The translations under genes were made by a program, and so were the position numbers. Of a stretch of DNA of 22,092 bases, positions 1 through 11,099 are shown one piece after another. Under the pieces are notes generated by a model. That model did no database searches. It saw only the letters and a list, made by a program, of their open reading frames with translations, and was not told the origin of the DNA. This DNA comes from Octopus sinensis (taxonomy: Eukaryota). How positions within the stretch are numbered: position 1 is the stretch's first letter; each line of letters starts with the position of its first letter. The DNA is taken from the NCBI RefSeq assembly GCF_006345805.1, contig NW_021823616.1:1-22092 (forward strand). Direction: 5' to 3'.

Positions 1-1272
1 AGCGAAAGAACCGGTTTCTAACCTAGATACTTCATTGGAATTTCAACATCAACAACAGTGTATTTTTGTATGTATGTATGTATTTATGTATGTGCAGATG
101 TGTATGTTTTATTTTTTGTATTCTCATACATATAGTTACATATCTACATATATATTTAAATGATAAACTTCTGGAAAGTTTTACAGCTTTTTACAGTTCC
201 AGTGATGGACTGGATCTGTAGTCTTCGAATTAGCTTTCTCCTTTCTGGTTTTGAGAAACCTAATTCCTCAAGAATGGTATTTAGGCAGTGTGTTACATAT
301 CCTAGTGCCACAATAATTACAGGTATAAACCTGAACTTGTGATTTGGATTGAGTAACTGCAGATTTCTCAATAGTTCAGCATAGGTGTTCTGTTTTTCAC
401 TGATCTTCAGCTTTATGCTAATATCCACTGGGTAGCTAATTTCCACAAATGTGCACAATTTCTCTTCTTATCCTAAATCATTATAGCAGGTCTGTTGTGC
501 TTACATTTTATTGAGGTCTTCACTGGTACATTCCACCAGTATTCCTTTTCACTATGAGTGACTATGACTTCTACCATATTGTGAGTTTTTATTTCTTTGT
601 CCTCGGGATCATCCTTCCGATGGATTTCATTATAGAGTGTCCTAGCTACTACGTCATATCTCATTGGTAGATAATGCCGTGATGAAATTTTCGGCCAACT
701 GTTATGATGTGGGTGATATCTTCTGTGTGAACTCCACAAAGTCTGCATCGGTTGTAACATTTTAAGGCTTTTCCTGCATCTCTATCCCTTTTGTGCATTG
801 GTACTTGGTTAACATTTCCTGTTCCTGGATAGCAAATGCATACCCTTCAGAGTGGGAGGTAGTAATCCGGCTATTGGTCTATGATAAACCGCTTTGATGA
901 TCAATGTTTAGAGTCGTGCGAAATCTTTGGGCATGTATTCTAGGTTATCAGAGAAAGAGTGTTGCTCAAGGAGCTGTCTTCCTAGTCTTATGGTATTATC
1001 AGCCTCATGTATGCAAACTTGGTCAAAGGATGCACTTCGACACTTGGGGGTTAAAAGATGTTGCCGAAGGGATATGATTCGACATTCAAATGCATTTTGG
1101 ATCGATGCTAAGCATCTGCCGTCTGGTTTTCGTTTTAGGTAGAGACGTTCTAAGATGTCACTGTTTATGTGGAAATTATGTGTGCTTGTTAGTATTTTTC
1201 AGGTTTTCACGTCAATGGCTCGGATCTCATCAAGAGACCAATCAAGGAGCATAAATGTTGGTACGAGTTTTT
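1..1272 (-). mobile_element. Degraded R4/Dong-like non-LTR retrotransposon, 3' part (RT thumb, CCHC knuckle, restriction-like endonuclease, 3' UTR running off the window)
   Basis: Minus-strand translation across stops and frameshifts gives LVPTFMLLDWSLDEIRAIDVKT*KILTSTHNFHINSDILERLYLKRKPDGRCL (~1105-1270), SEGYAFAIQEQEMLTKY (~800-850), CRLCGVHTEDITHII (~700-750), RYDVVARTLY, KHNRPAIMI and FVEISYP...EKQNTYAEL...FIPVII. These motifs are in the order expected for RLE-type LINEs; the catalytic PD is mutated to PA. Confidence 0.88.
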
Positions 1273-1388
1273 GGAAGCACTCCGTCGGTTATGACGACGA
1301 GGGTTCCGGTTGATCCGAATCAACGGAACAGCCTACTCGTGAAATTAACGCGTAAGTGGCTGAGCACTCCACAGACACGTGTACCCTT
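1273..1388 (-). mobile_element. SINE tail T1 fragment
   Basis: Near-identical to 7236-7351 (GGAAGCACTCCGTCGGTT...CACGTGTACCCTT). Confidence 0.85.
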
Positions 1389-1430
1389 TTCATCCAACCC
1401 TAGATACCTATAACATTCCTCGTCAGATTC
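1389..1430 (-). pseudogene. RT C-terminal motif fragment, probably from the same R4/Dong-like LINE
   Basis: Translates as ESDEECYRYLGLDE. The Y(K/R)YLG motif is typical of RT subdomain 7. Confidence 0.7.
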
Positions 1431-1757
1431 TATGTATGTATGTATGCATATATGTATGTATGTATGCATGTATGTATGTATGTATGTATGTATGTATGTA
1501 TGCATGCATGCATGCATGTATGTATGTATGTATGTATGTATGTATGTATGTATGTATGTATGTGTATGTATGTCTGTATGTAAGCATGTATGTATGTATG
1601 TATGTATGTATGTGTGTGTATGTATGTATGTATGTATGTATGTATGTATGTATGTATGCTTGTATTCTATGTATGTATGTATGTATGTATGTATGTATGT
1701 ATGCATGCTTGTATTCTATGTATGTATGTATGTATGTATGTATGTATATATGTATAC
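1431..1757. repeat. (TATG)n microsatellite
   Basis: Directly visible tetranucleotide array. Confidence 0.97.
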
Positions 1758-1984
1758 TTCGTTTTTAATGGGGAATTCGAAGTATCTAAAGCTATAAATA
1801 ATAGGTGCAAATATTGGTCGATAGAAAATATTCTGTAAAGATATCAAGCGATAGAAACAAACAAGCAGACAGACAGACGGACGGACGGACATGTCTTTGT
1901 ACTTATATATATATGTATACATACAGACGAGCGTGCACATAATCATGTGCATGCACACAATCACATGCACTTAAACCTCCCCTC

Positions 1985-2122
1985 ACACAGACACAGACAC
2001 AGACGCAAACACACGAGGACACTCACACATACACACACGCACGTGTGTGGAGAGAGAGAGAGAGAGAGAGACAAAGACAGAGACAGACAGACAGACAGAC
2101 AGATAGAAAGAGACAATGACAG

Positions 2123-2175
<53 letters not shown>

Positions 2176-2182
2176 TACAGAC

Positions 2183-2239
<57 letters not shown>
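1985..2239. repeat. Compound (CA)/(GA)/(GACA)/(GATA) microsatellite
   Basis: Directly visible. Confidence 0.95.
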
Positions 2240-3077
2240 TATTTCTTTATTAGCCACACAGGGCTGCACACAGATAGAACAAATTACAAGGTAGAGCTTT
2301 TCTTTTGAAGGTTTAAAAAAAAAAAAAAAAAAAGGAAGGGGGAGTTTCGATCAAAAGGGATCGTAAAAGGAGAGAAAGACAAAAAAAAAGGGGGGTTAAA
2401 AAAAAAAAAAAAAAGGGAAGAGGAAAAAAAAATTGATCAATAGGGATCGTTATCACAGAAATGTCAATATGAAGTGTAAAGGGGAGGACAGGTGAGGTTT
2501 ACCCGTGGAAAGAAAAGCCTGCGAAAAGACCACGGTAACCTCGGTCAATGAAGTCACATTTTATATTTCTTTTTTTTTTTTTTTTTTTTTTGCAAATAAG
2601 CAACTCTCTGTTTTCGATTTCTGGGTCATAGGACTATGCTCAAGGTGGCTTCGTCATCATACGTGCCATTCTTGCTACATTCACCCATCTTTTTTTAAAA
2701 CATTCGCTAGACAAAACTTGCCTCTCTACTCTCACTTTCCTTTTCAAGTGGTACTTGAAGAAGTTGATGAGAGATTGACCAGAGAGGAAAGTGTTTGTCT
2801 CCAATCCTTTCAGACGCGTCCACCAGATACATTCTTTCGCCATAGCCACAAGGATGATGAAAATAGCTCTTCCTTCCCGTTTGAAGGAAGGAGGCGTGAC
2901 AATATTGACGATAGACTCAGCTGATAAACCGACTCGTCCCACACGTGACAGCAGTTGTTCGACATAAGCCCACAGGTCGGAAATTGTTGGACACTGAACG
3001 AGTGCGTGCAGAACGGTTTCGTCGTCTCTCTGACCGCATCTCGGGCAGGTCGGCCCCGTGTTTCTCGAGCCGTGTCT
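2240..3077 (-). mobile_element. 5'-truncated Tx1/L1-clade LINE (ORF2 C-terminus plus 3' UTR) within a GATA array
   Basis: ORF2-like peptide, T-rich 3' UTR ending AATAAAGAAATA, and (GATA)n on both flanks. Confidence 0.85.
2640..3077 (-). pseudogene. LINE ORF2 C-terminal fragment with CCHC zinc finger (zf-RVT-like)
   Basis: Uninterrupted frame with CPRCGQRDDETVLHALVQCPTISDLW...AKECIWWTR...FKKRW, characteristic of L1/Tx1 ORF2 ends. It has no start codon or RT core of its own. Confidence 0.85.
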
Positions 3078-3725
<648 letters not shown>

Positions 3726-3941
3726 CGCACCAGACGTGCGTTCACATGCATGTGCGATATAAGTGTTGAAAATAGGATAAGTAGCTGAATAGATAAAACA
3801 GAACACCATTGTATAAGAGCGTTGTGTAAAAGTTCAGTCCTTGTAAAAAGGATAAAAAAATAAAATATTCGGTATCTATGACTTCTAGGAAAAATAATAG
3901 AAGTTATAAGAAACTCGTGTCTTTTGAATATCATTTTTAAA

Positions 3942-4252
3942 ATCTGTTATCTTTTACGTGTTTCAATTAATGGACTGCAGCCATGCTGGATCATCAACCT
4001 TGTAGAGTTTTAAGTCGGCTGAATCGCTCCGAATACATCTTGTTTTGTTTGTTTGTTTGTTTGTTTGTTTAAAGCCTGGTGCGTATTCTATCGATCTCTT
4101 TTGTCGAATCGCTAGTTTATGGGGACATGCACAAACCAATACTGGTTGTCAAACGATGGTGGGGGGGGGGTGAAGCACAAGTACAATCACACACACACAC
4201 ACGTACACACACACATACACACATACACGACGGGCGATTTTTGCAGTTTCCG
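3942..4252 (-). mobile_element. SINE family A, 5'-truncated and diverged
   Basis: Reverse complement matches the 3' half of 13770-14160, with an internal (CA)n. Confidence 0.75.
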
Positions 4253-4468
4253 GGAACGTTAGCACGCCGGGCGAAATGCGTAGCCGTATTTCGTCTGTCG
4301 TTACGTTGTGAGTTCAAATTCCGCCGAGGTCGACTTTGCCTTTCATCCCTTCGGGGTCGATAAGTTAAGTACCAGTTACGCACTGGGGTCGATGTAATCG
4401 ACTTAATCCCTTTGTCTGTCCTTGTTTGTCACCTCTATGTTTAGCCCCTTGTGGGCAATAAAGAAATA
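4253..4468 (+). mobile_element. SINE family B (young subfamily, Tx1-like tail)
   Basis: B-box GAGTTCAAATTCC, core GGTCGACTTTGCCTTTCATCC..GGGGTCGATA, ends AATAAAGAAATA. Confidence 0.88.
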
Positions 4469-4579
4469 TATATCGACCCCAGTGCGTAACTGTTACTTAT
4501 TTAATCGATCTCGAAAGGATGAAAGGCAAAGTCGACCTCGGCGGAATTTGAACTCAGGACGTAGCGGCAGACGAAATAC
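4469..4579 (-). mobile_element. SINE family B internal fragment starting at GTATTTC
   Basis: Direct repeat of ~4653-4762. Confidence 0.85.
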
Positions 4580-4580
4580 T

Positions 4581-4813
4581 TATTTCTTTACTACCCACAA
4601 GGGGCTACACACAGAGGGGACAGACAAGAACAGACAAGCGGATTAAGTCGATTATATCGACCCCAGTGCGTAACTGGTACTTATTTAATCGACCCCGAAA
4701 GGATGAAAGGCAAAGTCGACCTCGGCGGAATTTGAACTCACAAGGTAACGGCAGGCGAAATACCGCTAAGCATTTCGCCCGGCGTGCTAACGTTTCTGCC
4801 AGCTCGCCGCCTT
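4581..4813 (-). mobile_element. SINE family B, full length
   Basis: Head GGCGGCGAGCTGGCAGAAACGTTAG (A-box-like), internal hairpin, B-box, core and Tx1-like tail. Confidence 0.88.
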
Positions 4814-4825
4814 CAAAACCCTACA

Positions 4826-5010
4826 CATTTGTTTCTCTCTTCGTTTTTCCGTTCTCTCTCCATGTTTTTTTTTTACTCTCAGTTCTTTCTGTCGAAGAGC
4901 GTAGGCTCGAAACGTCAAAGAATTTTCCATTCTTCCCAGGCGTTAAGCTAATGCACCTGCTTGTCGTTCCCTCACCTGTCTTCGTCTTTTGTTCTCTGTA
5001 AATTTGAATT
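4826..5010 (+). mobile_element. Penelope-like terminal-repeat remnant with hammerhead-like motif (4885-4920)
   Basis: CTTT-CTGTCGAA-GAGC gtag GCTC-GAAA-CG-TC-AAAG. A related copy lies at 11100-11220; this one ends in (TA)n. Confidence 0.55.
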
Positions 5011-5039
5011 ATATATATATGTGGTGGGGCGTATTTGTG

Positions 5040-5315
5040 TCACTGTGTGTGCGTCTTTGTGTCACTGTGTGTCTTTGTGTGAGTGTGTGTGTGTGTCTTT
5101 GCGTCACTGCATGTCTTGCTTCCTCTGCTTGACAACCGGTGTTGCTGTGTTTACGTTCACGTAACTTAGATGTTCGGCAAATAATATCGATAGTGTAAGT
5201 ATCACGCTTTAAAAACACAAGTACTGGGCTTGAGTCATTCGATTAAAATTTCTTCAAAGCGATGCTCCAGATAAGGCTGTAGTCTAATGACTGAAGCAAG
5301 TAAAAGATAGAAAAT
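5040..5315 (+). mobile_element. SINE family A, 3' portion
   Basis: TTGACAACCG...TTCGGCAAA...ATGACTGAAGCAAGTAAAAGA matches 13981-14150. Confidence 0.75.
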
Positions 5316-6094
5316 ATAAAATATATCCCAGAAACAGTCTGGCGGTATAGAAGGTGAATTTATTTATTTAACCATTTGTAAACCTTGGGATTACAGCCGT
5401 TTCGTAGCCTTCATCATGCAATCGTAATTTCACTGCATAATGAATTATTTTACATATCTGCACCAATATACAAGCTACGCATTGTTACGATACAATTGTA
5501 CATTTACGTATCATTGCAGATAAAGAAGGTTTGTTCAGAGGTAATCAGAGCATCATGACTACACCATTATAGATATTATATCATTTCGTTCTCAATTTAA
5601 CCTGTTTTGGGCTGCTTTGATAACATTCGGTTGTCATAAATTTTCAGATGTATTGGTGTGGCTTGTATTTCGCATTTTTTTTCTACATCTAAATATGCTG
5701 GCCTAGCTGAAACGATCATCGGTAATGTATGATATAATCATACATAAAGATGTGATTTTCTCCATTTTTGTTTATGTTGTTACACACGCATATAACGGCA
5801 GGTCTGGCAAGTTTCACTTACAAAAGTTTTGGTCAACCCAAAGCTGTAAAAGAAACGTATATGCTGCAATCATTAAAACCATATTGGCCAAGAGACAAAA
5901 TTGATCAAAAACATTCTTGGCAACATCAAATATGTCGAAAAATAAGCTTTCAACGTGTATAATAAGTTTTTAGACAATGATCTTAAACGTCCCACTTATC
6001 TAGACGAACCCAGAACCACAGGATTGATAACTGTATGTTAAGATGTGATATTTTAACTACCCATCCATGACTGCATCCAGAGATAAACATACCT

Positions 6095-6450
6095 GCTTAC
6101 TTAAGCCCTATCGAGTATAGGCCATCAACGACGTTTCACCACTCAATTCAAGGCTGTTATATTTGCTTCCCTCCAATCACTGCTTTCATTCGAGGTTCCA
6201 CTCAGATTTTACTGTACCACGTAATATCTTGCCCTGAAGGGAAGGTCATCTTCTTCCAGGTCTTGTTGGTTTCGTGTTGTCATTGATTTTTCTGTAGCTT
6301 TGCGGTTATCTAGGTAGGGGTATTTGCCCAAAGCGAACCTACTTTATCTTTGGGAAGAGGTGATCCATGTTAGTCTGGTCGCAAAGTGGGACTGAACTTG
6401 AAACCACATGACTGTAAAGCGAACTTCTTAAACATACAGCCATGGCCCAC
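6095..6450 (-). mobile_element. Old RTE-tailed element with a family-A-like head
   Basis: Minus strand ends ...NVVDGLYSIGLK* followed by TAAG units, like RTE 3' ends. 6370-6450 resembles the family A head. Confidence 0.4.
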
Positions 6451-6589
6451 GCCTCTCTGTCTCTCTCTCTCTCTCGTGCTCTCCCTTTCTCACCCCTTCT
6501 GCACACACATACACACACACTCTCTCTCACTCTCTCACATGCACATACACACATATATGTAAAACGGTAGATACATATATGCATATATT

Positions 6590-6591
<2 letters not shown>

Positions 6592-6642
<51 letters not shown>
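6592..6642. repeat. (TA)n microsatellite
   Basis: Directly visible. Confidence 0.95.
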
Positions 6643-6644
<2 letters not shown>

Positions 6645-6819
6645 CCAAGAAAAAAGTAACAAGAATGGATCAGAAGTTTAGTACAATTACTTTTTTCTTG
6701 GTTATAATCACCCCACATTATTTTATGGTTAACACCATAAAGAATTCTGGTGCATCTAAGTTAAGTACCATATTCATTTGAATTCATTTGAATTCATTTG
6801 AATCTTAATTGTTTTGCTG

Positions 6820-6859
<40 letters not shown>

Positions 6860-6928
6860 TGTTTGTTGTTATATATGTATAAATATATTCAGATGCACTT
6901 ATTATGTACATGTATATATATATACTTC

Positions 6929-7016
6929 TCACTCGTATCATTATCGAGCCAAGAGTCTGACTACGGTCCTCTTACACAGCACTTACATAGCCTTACCTGC
7001 CATCTCATATATATAT

Positions 7017-7070
<54 letters not shown>

Positions 7071-7206
7071 ACACAATCACTCACACACACACACACACAT
7101 ATATATATATGAGAGCGGTATTGGTATCCAGAAAACCCAAGAGGGTATGTAAGTGCTATGTAAGAGGACCGTAGGTAGATTCTCGGTTCGATAATAATAC
7201 GAGTGA
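6929..7206. repeat. Fold-back element: ~63-bp inverted arms (6929-6991 / 7144-7206) around a (TA)/(CA) microsatellite
   Basis: TCACTCGTATCATTATCGAGCCAAGAGTCT..CTACGGTCCTCTTACACAGCACTTACATA is mirrored on the right with a few mismatches. Confidence 0.85.
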
Positions 7207-7235
7207 TGAGTCTAATGCGGGTTTTGTGTATGTGT

Positions 7236-7620
7236 GGAAGCACTCCGTCGGTTACGACGACGAGGGTTCCGGTTGATCCGAATCAACGGAACAGCCTGCT
7301 CGTAAAATTAACGTGTAAGTGGCTGAGCACTCCACAGACACGTGTACCCTTAACGTAGTTCTCGGGGATATTCAGCGTGACACAGAGTGTGACAAGGCCG
7401 GCCCTTTGAAGTACAGGTACAACAGAAACAGGAAGTAAGAGTGAGAGAAAGTTGTGGTGAAAGAGTACAGCAGGGATCACCACCATTCCCTGCCGGAGCC
7501 TCGTGGAGCTTTTAGGTGTTTTCGCTCAATAAACACTCACAACGCCCGGTCTGGGAATCGAAACCGCGATCCTATGACCGCGACTCCGCTGCCCTAACCA
7601 CTGGGCCATTGCGACTCCAC
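7236..7620 (-). mobile_element. Full-length tRNA-derived SINE (body Y + tail T1)
   Basis: A-box TGGCCCAGTGG and B-box-like GGTTTCGATTCCC on the minus strand. Possible TSD TTTRTGTATGTRT at 7223-7235 / 7621-7633. Confidence 0.88.
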
Positions 7621-7636
7621 TTTATGTATGTATATT

Positions 7637-7904
7637 TTAAATAAAATGAGACAACAAAACCAAGGCTGTATGGAATTTATAGGACATTTATAAAGAGAAA
7701 GATAGTTTTACAGCTTTTTCTGTGATATTAAGGATACCTCTTCATCAGACACAATATGAGAGAGTTAACTAGAGTTCACCCTTTAGTTATCGTCTCTGAT
7801 GAAGGGATATCCCTAATATCCATGAAGCAGCTGTAAGACCTTTCTCTTTATAAATGTCCTCGAAATTCCACAGAGCTTTAGTTTTGTTGTCTCATTTTAT
7901 TTAA
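7637..7904. mobile_element. Fold-back Penelope-like remnant with a hammerhead-like motif in each ~110-bp arm
   Basis: Arms 7637-7750 / 7794-7904; the outer 24 bp are a perfect inverted repeat. CTGATGA...GAA(A/G)...AGCTG-TA occurs in both arms. Confidence 0.75.
7792..7839 (+). ncRNA. Minimal type I hammerhead ribozyme-like motif (core mutated, GAAA to GAAG)
   Basis: Stem I GTCT/AGAC, CTGATGA, stem II GGATAT/ATATCC, GAAG, palindromic CAGCTG, then TA. Confidence 0.65.
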
Positions 7905-8419
7905 CACACACAAGCACACACATACGTACATACACATATAAACAGATAGGTGTATATTGGTATGCTTGTATGTATGTAATATTTATGTTTGTATGCATAT
8001 TCACACGTGTGTCTTAACACATTCGTCTGTTTCTATCTATCTATCTAACATGACGAATCATATAATTGTATCTTGGGAAAGGAGTGCTTTAAGTGCAGTC
8101 ATATGATGAACATTAAATAATTGGTCAAAAGTATCGATAACGCAAACTTAAGACAGGTCAACTATCAAATATTCATGTATAAAACTTCATTCAACAAGTA
8201 GAAAATTATCTCTGATGCCGCTGATATGGAAATAAACAATGAACGGGGAATTAGTTGATAAGATTAACGGGATTGGTCCAATTGTTTAAAATGGCGATCA
8301 TCACCGATATCTTTATCTTAACAAATATTGCATCATCAATGACCTGGTATGCATGCTTCGTTCTGGAATGCTTATATAAAGATATATGCTGATACGCACA
8401 CCCCGCCTCTCAAACACGC

Positions 8420-8790
<371 letters not shown>

Positions 8791-9000
8791 ATATGTATCT
8801 ATTCATCTAGAATTTTGCCAATCTATCTATCTATCTATCTATCTAATTATATATCTGTCTCTCTCGCTGTCTCTCTCTCTCTGTCTCTGTCTGTCTGTCT
8901 CTCTCTCTCTCTCTCGCCCTCTGTGTGTGTGTGTGGGCCAATAATGGCCGAAACCTATCAAAGTATCAAAGTATCAAAGTATATATATATATATATATAT

Positions 9001-9480
9001 CACCTCTCGGCATTCTTCTCACTTCTACTATTTTTTTCTCTCCTACTATTTTTTCTCTTCTATTTTTTTTATATCCTTTCAAAATGTCTGCCAGGCGTGT
9101 ATCCATTACAATTCGTCTTGGCCTAACGGCCCTTAATAACTGTCTTCGTCGATTTTTAACTCTGTACGTCCACTCTGGTGTCGTTTGTTCGTTCGAAGCC
9201 CTAACTCTCCATAAATTTTATATTTTTAAAATTTCTGGATGTTGCTGTCATATGAAATTTTCCTGTCTTGTCGTTGAAAGCTCGAAACAGCGAGTAATAA
9301 ACAGTCGACAACTGAGGAAGAGTTAGACTTCCTTTGGTATTTTGTCCTGTAGTTATATCTTTGTGTTTACGTATTTTTCACTCGTTGTACTTAATGCATA
9401 TTTTTTTTGTACTTATCTGTCGTGTGTATACGTATTTTTCATTCGCTGGTGATATCCAGTACTTAATGTGTATTTTTAAT
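9001..9480 (+). mobile_element. T-rich, TA-flanked probable Penelope-like remnant
   Basis: (TA)n on both sides, with a degenerate hammerhead-like TTGTC..TTGAAAGCTC-GAAA-C...G-TC-GACAA at ~9268-9311. Confidence 0.35.
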
Positions 9481-9795
9481 TATATATATACATACATACA
9501 TATGTGTGTGTGTGTGTGTGTGTGTAAGTATGTATGTATACACACATATATATATATATATACATTCATTTACGTATGTGTAACTATGCATGTATGTATA
9601 TATGTAATTACGTATCTATGTGTGTATGTATGTGCGCGTATATGTATAAATTTTTGAGTGGCTGGAAGGATGAATATGTATATTTTTACCTTCTTTTCTT
9701 TATTCCAGCCGTTAACCTGCAAATGTAATGCAATACACATTTTGCCCAATACGTATTTTAAAGTCTGGTCCTTATTCTAATGATTTCTTCTTACA

Positions 9796-9839
<44 letters not shown>

Positions 9840-9880
9840 TTACACGTGTTCCAGCACAGTGTCATTTCGTTAAATAACTC

Positions 9881-9953
<73 letters not shown>

Positions 9954-9990
9954 GACAGACAGACATAGATAAACAGACAAATAGATAGAG

Positions 9991-10075
<85 letters not shown>

Positions 10076-10090
10076 TAGATAAACAGACAA

Positions 10091-10167
<77 letters not shown>

Positions 10168-10211
10168 CAGACAGACATAGATAAACAGATAGATAGATAG
10201 ATAGATAGATA
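9881..10211. repeat. (GATA)n/(GACA)n microsatellite with a recurring GACATAGATAAACAGA unit
   Basis: Directly visible. Confidence 0.96.
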
Positions 10212-10633
10212 ATTAACCATGGTATAAGATGTAAGGCACTCCACTGAATGAATCGAAAACAATCAGCTATTTCAAAGATAAAACAAGTGAAACAGGTTAT
10301 GTATGCCGTAACCAATAAGCAGAAAAGAAGGCAACCAGTAAACCACACCAAATGAATAAATAATGAACAAATTAAGAATGTGAGCTTAATGGAAAGTATT
10401 TGATCAAATCAAAAGGTGATTACACAAATGTAATGCAGGGACAAAATTAGTACTTAAAAGACAAACGGAAAACAGTATTTAGAAGAATAATGAGGAAAAA
10501 AAAATGCCATCTGAAAGACGATGTAAGGATCTAGTTTGTTTTTGTTCATTAGTGCAGTCGATCCATGAAAAGAAACTAGAACAGCCAACAAATAGAAAAA
10601 TGGAACGACGACAACCATTTAACAACCTTGATA

Positions 10634-10804
10634 AAACAGTTTCACAATGCCAGCAATTTTAGGGGAAGGGTTTTTTTCTGGTATTTATTATACCGAATCT
10701 GAAAGGTAAAGTCGACCTCGGAAGAATTTCAACACAGAATGCTAAGAGACCGAAGAAACGCCGCTGAACACTTCGTTCGGCGTGCTAACGATTCTTCCAG
10801 CTCA
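10634..10804 (-). mobile_element. SINE family B, old subfamily
   Basis: AAAGTCGACCTCGG..GAATTT and GGCGTGCTAACG..TCT.CCAGCTC match 4711-4805; the tail differs. Confidence 0.75.
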
Positions 10805-11099
10805 ATGGAAACGGTAGCCGTAAACACAAGTTCAGATTCTAAAGGAAGAGAGTTCTCGCCTGAAGAACGCAGATGCGTGAAACCCAAGTTGCGAGAAAAT
10901 ATATTCATTTTAAATAAAGCAATATGCTGTACTTACTTCATAAGTACTCTCACTCTCTTTTAGTCACAAATTGTAGCATTTGAATATAAACGCACGTATG
11001 CTCGAGCAAACATACAGGCTTATATACATGTTTACACACACACATTATATGTATGTGTGTGCGCGTGTGTGCGTGTGTGTGTGATTGACCGCTAGCTAC

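Noticed and set aside
1320-1838. ORFs rich in MYVC / HTYI repeats
   Set aside because: Translations of (TATG)n. The same applies to the ORFs at 8313-8786, 12412-13079 and 14692-15060.
5385-5425. Minus-strand ATGATGA-AGGCTAC-GAAA-CGGCTG-TA as a hammerhead
   Set aside because: The first core base is wrong and there is no stem II; possibly a decayed copy but not supportable.
6771-6802. ATTCATTTGA x3
   Set aside because: Simple local slippage with no further structure.
9690-9716. 27-nt minus-strand micro-exon (VNGWNKEKK) with CAG/GTAAAA borders
   Set aside because: Such signals arise by chance in AT-rich DNA, and it conflicts with an equally plausible plus-strand acceptor at 9708.
9791-10351. 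186-aa hydrophobic ORF
   Set aside because: Dominated by (TCTA)n; the unique N-terminus has no recognisable motif.
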